Of a stretch of DNA of 22,143 nt, positions 1 to 5,355 are shown one piece after another. This DNA comes from a virus (Duplodnaviria > Heunggongvirae > Uroviricota > Caudoviricetes): the IMG/VR virus record IMGVR_UViG_2703718843_000010. One strand, given 5' to 3'. The notes below the pieces were generated by a model. The model was not told where the DNA came from. It ran no database searches and saw only the letters and a list, made by a program, of their open reading frames with translations. Position numbers and translations under genes: made by a program. How positions within the stretch are numbered: the first letter of the stretch is position 1; the number at the start of each line of letters is the position of its first letter.

Positions 1-981
1 TCACACCGCCAGCCCGCCGCCGAGAGGGTTTAACGTTACTGCGTGTTGCAGATAATCGGGGGCAAGGTGAGCATAAACCATCGTCTGTTGTATGCTGGCG
101 TGCCCCAGAATTTGCTGTAACGCAACAATGTTCCCTCCATTCATCATGAACCAGCTTGCGAAAGTATGCCGAAGCACGTGTGTGGCCTGCCCACGTGGTA
201 AATCGGGCTTAACCTGTTTGAGTCGTTCGCAGAAGTTTTCATAGTCAACTTTGAACAGTGGCCCGGTGTCGCTGGTCTTGATCTCTTTCTCCAGTTCTTC
301 CGATATCGGAACGGTGCGCTTTTTTCCGTTTTTGGTCTTAAGGAACGTCACGCGCCCGTGATTAACCTGCTCACCTCGCAGCGTGCTGCCTTCGCCCCAG
401 CGTGCGCCGGTGCTGAGGCATAGCAGTGCTACACGTCGATCGTCGCCGGTCAGAGTATCCAGCAATCTGCTGATCTCTGATTTTGCTAGATAGGTCATAG
501 CTGGCGGCGCTTCTTTCAGTGGTTCCAGACCCTTGCAGGGGTTTTCCTTCCTGAACTCTTCCAGTTTTATCAACGTGCTGAACATCCCGGATAAGCGGTA
601 AATATCCCGGTTGATCGTTGCTGCGCTGATACCGTCTTCCAGCCGTTGGCCTCGGTGCTGAGCAATCATTCGCTTGTTCAGTCGGTTAACGGCTGGATCG
701 CCCAGTGCCCTGATTGTTTTATTCAGGTGCCGCTTTTCAATCTCGCCATTTTCCTGAGTCTGTCCATACAGCAGCCACCAGGTATCTAACAACTCGCTTA
801 AGGTGCGGCGGTCAACGCTCGCGCCCAGCCATTCTTTTTTGTCGGCGTTGGCTAATACATAACGCTCAAAAAGAACCGCCTCTTGTTTTTTCTCAAATCG
901 CCTGCGGATACGTTTTCCGTTACGTCCGCGCGGCCATACGTCTACTTCATATTGACCACCTTCGAGCTTCTTAATCGACAT
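1..981 (-). CDS. int: Tyrosine site-specific integrase, P2 Int family (complete; its stop codon is the first triplet of the window)
   Basis: 326-aa ORF. N-terminus MSIKKLEGGQYEVDVWPRGRNGKRIRRRF and C-terminal catalytic region HVLRHTFASWFMMNGGNIVALQQILGHASIQQTMVYAHLAP closely match phage P2 integrase as I remember it. Sits at the prophage end next to the repressor gene. Confidence 0.95.
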   Translation of the reverse strand: MSIKKLEGGQYEVDVWPRGRNGKRIRRRFEKKQEAVLFERYVLANADKKEWLGASVDRRTLSELLDTWWLLYGQTQENGEIEKRHLNKTIRALGDPAVNRLNKRMIAQHRGQRLEDGISAATINRDIYRLSGMFSTLIKLEEFRKENPCKGLEPLKEAPPAMTYLAKSEISRLLDTLTGDDRRVALLCLSTGARWGEGSTLRGEQVNHGRVTFLKTKNGKKRTVPISEELEKEIKTSDTGPLFKVDYENFCERLKQVKPDLPRGQATHVLRHTFASWFMMNGGNIVALQQILGHASIQQTMVYAHLAPDYLQHAVTLNPLGGGLAV

Positions 982-1050
982 AAGAAAGCCCTCCGGCGTT
1001 TATTTCCCCATCTTGGTAACAGATAGTGAAAATGTAATGTTTATAGATGG

Positions 1051-1371
1051 TTAACCAGTTTGTGTCTCTGAGCGGTCTGATCCAGTTGACTCTGGCCCAA
1101 TGTGTGCGAGGGCCGGTGCGATTTGACCAGCTTGAGGGGCGGTCTTATCAGTCATTAGCCAGAGCGTATATTTTGCAAAACGGGGGTGTTGTGTGATCTT
1201 CAACAAAATTTCACTACCAACGCCTTCTCTTCTCCCCATCTCGTAATGCTTTTGAGTACCTGCCGGAATACCTGTCAATTCAAAGAATTGAGTTCTGGAT
1301 AGCCCTTCAGCATCCCTAATTGCTCGAATTTTTTCCCCAATCCCGCTTGACTGGGTCTCATTTGATACCAT
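1051..1371 (-). CDS. C: Immunity repressor, P2 C-like
   Basis: 106 aa from ATG at 1369-1371 with SD GGAGAAGGA upstream on the minus strand. C-terminal part FAKYTLWLMTDKTAPQAGQIAPALAHIGPE resembles remembered P2 C (FTKYTLWFMT...GQIAPALAHFG). The track ORF extends upstream only via a TTG at 1428, which I do not accept as the start. Confidence 0.85.
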   Translation of the reverse strand: MVSNETQSSGIGEKIRAIRDAEGLSRTQFFELTGIPAGTQKHYEMGRREGVGSEILLKITQHPRFAKYTLWLMTDKTAPQAGQIAPALAHIGPESTGSDRSETQTG

Positions 1372-1405
1372 ATCCTTCTCCTTAGTGGGTCTCAATTGAT
1401 ACCAT
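1353..1405. repeat. Imperfect 19-bp direct repeat GGGTCTCA(T/A)TTGATACCAT at 1353-1371 and 1387-1405, flanking the repressor RBS
   Basis: Read directly: 18 of 19 positions identical, 34 bp apart. Copy 1 contains the repressor start codon and first six codons; copy 2 lies just upstream. Confidence 0.8.
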
Positions 1406-1587
1406 TGCAACGAAAAGGCAACCGCCAATATAAGCAGTTACAAGCCGAAATAAGCGCCTAGCGCTAATGCGGAGATTAGCACAAATGAGTGGAAGACTTG
1501 AGCAGGGCAACAGAAGTGACGGAATCCATGTTGCTGAATTCCGCCGTAGTTATTTCCCAAATGGACGTTATGCGGGGACGGTTAAAA

Positions 1588-1824
1588 CTAGTGGCTCCGC
1601 TTCGGGGACAGTGAGGCGGCAAGTTCAGCTTTAGCAATGTATTGCTGAAGGAAGGTTACGGTGTCTTTTGCTTGCTCAACGGTTAAACCAGTAAACAGCT
1701 CACCAGCTTCTGGCAGTTTTGTCGGTGTAGCTAAGTGGTAGTGGAAGCGTAAGCAAGCCAGATCATTAGCAACGAGGTACTCAAGTTCAGCAGGAATGTA
1801 GATAGGTACTTCTTTCTGAGACAT
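1588..1824 (-). CDS. Hypothetical protein (78 aa) between repressor C and cox, same strand as C
   Basis: ATG at 1822-1824 preceded on the minus strand by AGGAG at 8-nt spacing; protein MSQKEVPIYIPAELEYLVANDLACLRFHYHLATPTKLPEAGELF... has no motif I recognise. P2 itself has no gene at this position. Confidence 0.5.
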   Translation of the reverse strand: MSQKEVPIYIPAELEYLVANDLACLRFHYHLATPTKLPEAGELFTGLTVEQAKDTVTFLQQYIAKAELAASLSPKRSH

Positions 1825-1862
1825 AAAAATCTCCTTTCTGGTTGTGTGGAAACACCAGAATA

Positions 1863-1879
1863 CCACGCGCCGGGCGTGG
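1863..1879. promoter_or_regulatory. GC-rich palindrome CCACGC-GCCGG-GCGTGG in the divergent region between the 78-aa ORF and cox; candidate operator
   Basis: Perfect 6-bp inverted arms read directly, about 40 bp upstream of both flanking start codons. Confidence 0.3.
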
Positions 1880-1919
1880 CTAAAAATCCCGGCCTATCTT
1901 CAATGAGAGGTGAAACACT

Positions 1920-2201
1920 ATGACAGACAAAGAGTTAGAGGGGTTCATTGAAGTGCGTCACGCTGTTGACGCGGTTCCATACCCAAAATTTGCCGAATTG
2001 ATCGGTAAGAAGCCCGCCACAGTTAAGAGCATGATTGAAGACGGTAAGTTGCCGATCATCCCGTGGAAGAACCCGGAAAGCCTGGGCGCCCGCGCTGAGA
2101 ACTGGATCTATATTCCTGAGTTCAACCGCGCAATGCGAGACGCCTACTACAACCGTCCGAAAGAACAGCGCGATGCTTGGTTGCTGTGGATCGGTCTTTG
2201 A
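1920..2201 (+). CDS. cox: Cox-like excisionase / early-operon regulator
   Basis: 93 aa; PYPKFAELIGKKPATVKSMIEDGKLPII...NWIYIPEFN...RPKEQRDAWLLWIGL resembles remembered P2 Cox (IPYQEFAKLIGKSTGAVRRMIDKGKLPVI...RPKEIRDGWLMWLGL). First rightward gene, facing the repressor side. Confidence 0.85.
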   Translation: MTDKELEGFIEVRHAVDAVPYPKFAELIGKKPATVKSMIEDGKLPIIPWKNPESLGARAENWIYIPEFNRAMRDAYYNRPKEQRDAWLLWIGL

Positions 2202-2211
2202 GGTTAACGCG

Positions 2212-2415
2212 ATGAGCCAGAAAACAGCCAACCACGAAAACCGGGTGCGTGAATGCAACGACATTCTGGACACCCATTTAAAAGATATGCAAACGGGCTT
2301 CATGATTCGCACCAATCGAGGCGAGTTTATGATCAGGGATAAAAAGCTGATTAAGAAAATCACCAAAGACGTGGCCCGCCATGTTGATGGTGAATTACTT
2401 AAATTGGGAATGTGA
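2212..2415 (+). CDS. Hypothetical small protein (67 aa)
   Basis: ATG at 2212 with GAGG at 8-nt spacing, directly after the cox stop. The longer track ORF from 2035 overlaps cox in another frame and is rejected. Confidence 0.5.
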   Translation: MSQKTANHENRVRECNDILDTHLKDMQTGFMIRTNRGEFMIRDKKLIKKITKDVARHVDGELLKLGM

Positions 2416-2425
2416 GGGGGCTTTT

Positions 2426-2632
2426 GTGGCTGTGCAATTAATACAGTTAAGTCGTCACTCGTATTTATATCGTGGCTTCACTATTCAGAAATGCCCGCGT
2501 AATCCTTTTACGTTTAAACACTCTTATCGTATTTCCAGTAATGGCGATTATTACGGGCGTGATTTTGCTTTAGCGGAAGCCATGCACACGGTTGATCAGA
2601 TGTATAAGCAAGGGGGCAGTAATGCACGATGA
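2426..2632 (+). CDS. Hypothetical small protein (68 aa, GTG start)
   Basis: GTG at 2426 preceded by GAGGGGG at 2414-2420. No recognisable motif; start is uncertain. Confidence 0.3.
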   Translation: MAVQLIQLSRHSYLYRGFTIQKCPRNPFTFKHSYRISSNGDYYGRDFALAEAMHTVDQMYKQGGSNAR

Positions 2633-2852
2633 AGGCCCATCACTGGCAAGCCTGCTTAAGCATGGGTGCCAGGTCACACACTTCAAGAACTCACGCGGCT
2701 GGCTGGAAACGCCGGACGGAAGATTTTTTAAGCCCGAACCGGCGAAGGTTCAATTTATCAAAGGTAAAAATAAACCTTTTATTTATACCCAAAGAATAAA
2801 TAAAGGCTTCCTGCTTACTCTGGCTGAGTTATTTAAAAAGCTAATTAAGTAA
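2622..2852 (+). CDS. Hypothetical small protein (76 aa)
   Basis: ATG at 2622 preceded by AGGGGG; the 3' part lies in a visibly AT-rich stretch. Confidence 0.5.
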   Translation: MHDEGPSLASLLKHGCQVTHFKNSRGWLETPDGRFFKPEPAKVQFIKGKNKPFIYTQRINKGFLLTLAELFKKLIK

Positions 2853-2938
2853 TTCGGTTTTAAAAAATCAACTCTGTTTTCTCCGCCCCTTTATTAAGTG
2901 GCGGCGGTTCAACTCATTCTTTTTTGGAGGAAGAGATT

Positions 2939-3151
2939 ATGACCAGACGTGAACAATATAGTTTCATTTTGCATGTTCTTTTACCTGCTATCGAAAATGA
3001 AGGGTTAACCATTAAAACCCGCCGTGATGGTGAGTTAACCCTTTCTGCCAGTGGGTCTGTAGCAACCAATTTTATAAGCAATCTGCGCCAGCACTGCATT
3101 GAAGAATTGCAGCGCCCTTCTATTCCAGCTTCCCATTACGGAGTCCTATAA
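2939..3151 (+). CDS. Hypothetical small protein (70 aa) immediately upstream of dam
   Basis: ATG at 2939 with GGAGG at 8-nt spacing; its stop (3149-3151) is one base before the dam ATG. Confidence 0.5.
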   Translation: MTRREQYSFILHVLLPAIENEGLTIKTRRDGELTLSASGSVATNFISNLRQHCIEELQRPSIPASHYGVL

Positions 3152-3152
3152 A

Positions 3153-4124
3153 ATGATCCGCCCGTTCATCAAATGGGCAGGGGGTAAAACCCGTGTCCTC
3201 CCTGACCTGCTGCCGCATCTTCCTAAAGTCGACTGCCTGATCGAACCATTCGTAGGCGGTGCATCGGTATTTCTGGCGACTGAATACCGCCGCTATGTGC
3301 TGGCTGATATCAACCCAGATCTTATTAACCTGTATCGGGAAGTCACCCGTTACCCGGACTTAGTGATCGATGCGGCCCGCGAACTGTTCAACAGTAAGAA
3401 CAACCCGCAGGGATACAACGAAGTCCGCGCCGCGTTCAATAAGCAGGTGGGTACGGTAAAAAGCGGTGGGTTGCGTTATGGCGCTGAAATGGCGTGCATT
3501 ATGCGCGCTGCTCAATTCCTGTATCTGAATCGCCACGGTTATAACGGCTTATGCCGATACAGCCGGAAGACCGGCTTTAACGTGCCGTTTGGCAAGTATA
3601 AGAGCGTCTACTTTCCTGAAAATGAAATCCGCCTGTTTGCCGAAAAGGCCAACGATACAAAGGCAATATTTCTTTGCGCGCCGTTCCAGCGTTCTCTACA
3701 AGTCGTCACGGGTGGCGATGTTCTTGTTTACTGCGATCCGCCTTACCTGCCTGAAAGCAAAACAGCCGATTTTACCCAATACCACACCGAACCATTCACG
3801 GAAGACAACCACCGCCAGTTAGTCCAGGCACTGCTGGAAGTTAACCGTAAGCATGGCGTGAAGGTCGTCATTTCCAACAGCGACACCGAAGCCACCCGCG
3901 TGATTTATCAGCCCTTCAAGATGCACGAAATCAGCGTGCAACGTTCCGTCAGCACTGACAAAGACAACCGCCAGAAGGCCAAAGAAGTGATCGGCGTGCT
4001 GCCTGTCTGCGACTGCTGCGGGCGTTACGGCGGCGGTTGCCCTGATTGTGGCGCCGTGATGGGTGATGCGACTTACAACGCGATGGTTGCGGCGGGCACG
4101 TTTGACGATCTGGAGGCTTTTTAA
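3153..4124 (+). CDS. dam: DNA adenine methyltransferase, Dam family (D12 class, likely GATC), with a C-terminal cysteine-cluster extension
   Basis: N-terminal FIKWAGGK, SAM-binding EPFVGGASVFL and catalytic DPPY, with overall collinearity to E. coli Dam as remembered. Extra tail VCDCCGRYGGGCPDCG. ATG at 3153 with GGAG upstream. Confidence 0.9.
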   Translation: MIRPFIKWAGGKTRVLPDLLPHLPKVDCLIEPFVGGASVFLATEYRRYVLADINPDLINLYREVTRYPDLVIDAARELFNSKNNPQGYNEVRAAFNKQVGTVKSGGLRYGAEMACIMRAAQFLYLNRHGYNGLCRYSRKTGFNVPFGKYKSVYFPENEIRLFAEKANDTKAIFLCAPFQRSLQVVTGGDVLVYCDPPYLPESKTADFTQYHTEPFTEDNHRQLVQALLEVNRKHGVKVVISNSDTEATRVIYQPFKMHEISVQRSVSTDKDNRQKAKEVIGVLPVCDCCGRYGGGCPDCGAVMGDATYNAMVAAGTFDDLEAF

Positions 4125-4444
4125 TGGCAAAAATCTATATCGCTGGCCCGATGAGCGGTTTGCCTGGATTCAATCGGCAGGCTTTTAACCGTGCAGCCGG
4201 GCACGTAGTGCGACGCGGAAACGTTGCCCTTAATCCGGCGATTTTGCCGGATGGATTAGAGCAGGCGGAATACATGGATATTTGCTTCGCCATGTTGCGT
4301 TGTGCTGACGGGATCTTCTTGCTGGATGGCTGGCAGCAGTCTGCCGGAGCTAAGGCAGAGCACGCGCTTGCTGAAAAGCTGGGTTTAGAAATTCAGTACC
4401 AAGTAATCGATCGGTGTAGCCGAAAGGCGGAGGGGCAGCAGTGA
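4124..4444 (+). CDS. DUF4406-like protein (nucleoside 2-deoxyribosyltransferase-like fold)
   Basis: 106 aa beginning MAKIYIAGPMSG...NPAILP, the hallmark N-terminus of the DUF4406 family. ATG overlaps the dam stop (TAATG). Confidence 0.75.
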   Translation: MAKIYIAGPMSGLPGFNRQAFNRAAGHVVRRGNVALNPAILPDGLEQAEYMDICFAMLRCADGIFLLDGWQQSAGAKAEHALAEKLGLEIQYQVIDRCSRKAEGQQ

Positions 4445-5355
4445 CCGCCTACTACAACGAAATCGACCCCTTCGCCGCGCAATACCTGCGCAACCTCATT
4501 GATGCCGGGCTTATCGCTTCCGGTGTTGTCGATACTCGTTCCGTTGAGGATGTAACCCCAAATGACCTTAAAGGATTCTCACAAGTCCACCTGTTTGCAG
4601 GTTTTGGAGGCTGGCCCCGTGCTTTGCGCGTCGCAGGATGGCCGGACGACCGCCCAGTATGGACAGCAAGTTGCCCATGCCAACCTTTCAGCCAGGCAGG
4701 CGAAGGAAAACAATTTGATGATGAGCGGCACCTATGGCCCGCCGTTCATTGGCTTGCAGGCCAGCAACGCCCTGTCGTTATATTTGGCGAACAGTCTTCA
4801 AGCAAAGATGCAGAAGTCTGGATCGACCTTGTACAAACTGACATGGAAAGTTTGGGCTATGCCTTCGGGGCGTCGGCGTTTCCGTCTGCGGGCGTCGGTG
4901 CGCCGCACATCCGGGAGCGTACTTACTGGCTGGCCGACTCCAACCGCGAGCAATACGAAGAACGCTTATCAGGATGCCGAGAAGGTGATCGCCAGGAAGC
5001 TGGCTGGTCGGCAGTCGAACTTACAGGGCTTTGCTTGTCTTGCGGGTTGGCCCACCCCTGCGGCGAGGGATGGAAAGGGCGGGTATCAGGGAGGAAGGAT
5101 GCGGCACGGGAAGCTGTCAACGGATACGCTGGATGTGACAGCGCAGATAGCAGGCCCGGCCCGGTTAACGGATTCTGGGGATCTGCTGACTGGCTCCTTT
5201 GCAGAGATGGAAAGTGGAGGCCAGTTAAACCCGGCCTTAAGCCTCTGGTTGATGGGGTTCCCTCCAGAGTGGGAAAACTACGCGCCAGCGGAAACGCCGT
5301 AAATATCTATGCAGCCGCAACTTTCTTAAAAGCCTACATGGAGATCGCGCAATGA
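4441..5355 (+). CDS. DNA cytosine-5 methyltransferase (phage-type); a second long overlapping frame is described in findings
   Basis: GTG start overlapping the upstream stop (GTGA). Motif I FAGFGG, motif IV PCQPFSQAG, GEQ-type motif VI region, motif VIII GAPHIRERTYWLA, motif X GNAVN...FLKAY. Stop overlaps the gene A ATG. Confidence 0.8.
   Translation: MTAYYNEIDPFAAQYLRNLIDAGLIASGVVDTRSVEDVTPNDLKGFSQVHLFAGFGGWPRALRVAGWPDDRPVWTASCPCQPFSQAGEGKQFDDERHLWPAVHWLAGQQRPVVIFGEQSSSKDAEVWIDLVQTDMESLGYAFGASAFPSAGVGAPHIRERTYWLADSNREQYEERLSGCREGDRQEAGWSAVELTGLCLSCGLAHPCGEGWKGRVSGRKDAAREAVNGYAGCDSADSRPGPVNGFWGSADWLLCRDGKWRPVKPGLKPLVDGVPSRVGKLRASGNAVNIYAAATFLKAYMEIAQ

Noticed and set aside
1-60. attL, flanking tRNA or host junction at the left edge
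   Set aside because: The window starts at the integrase stop codon, so any attachment site or target tRNA lies outside the sequence provided.
1372-1428. Upstream in-frame extension of the repressor ORF (track start at 1428)
   Set aside because: The extension begins with TTG and has no RBS, whereas the ATG at 1369-1371 has a strong SD and reproduces the P2 C length.
1485-1616. 43-aa plus-strand ORF in the spacer between C and the 78-aa ORF
   Set aside because: Only a distant GGAG (10 nt), a composition unlike a real protein, and overlap with the 3' end of the minus-strand ORF; probably non-coding.
2035-2211. Long form of the post-cox ORF starting at 2035
   Set aside because: Overlaps cox in another frame; the internal ATG at 2212 has an RBS and follows the cox stop.
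4928-5302. Treating the frame-2 region as a separate, independently initiated gene from ATG 4562
   Set aside because: The first ~120 residues of that frame look like out-of-frame translation; only the part after about 4925 is protein-like. It is reported as a finding about overlapping frames rather than as a CDS.
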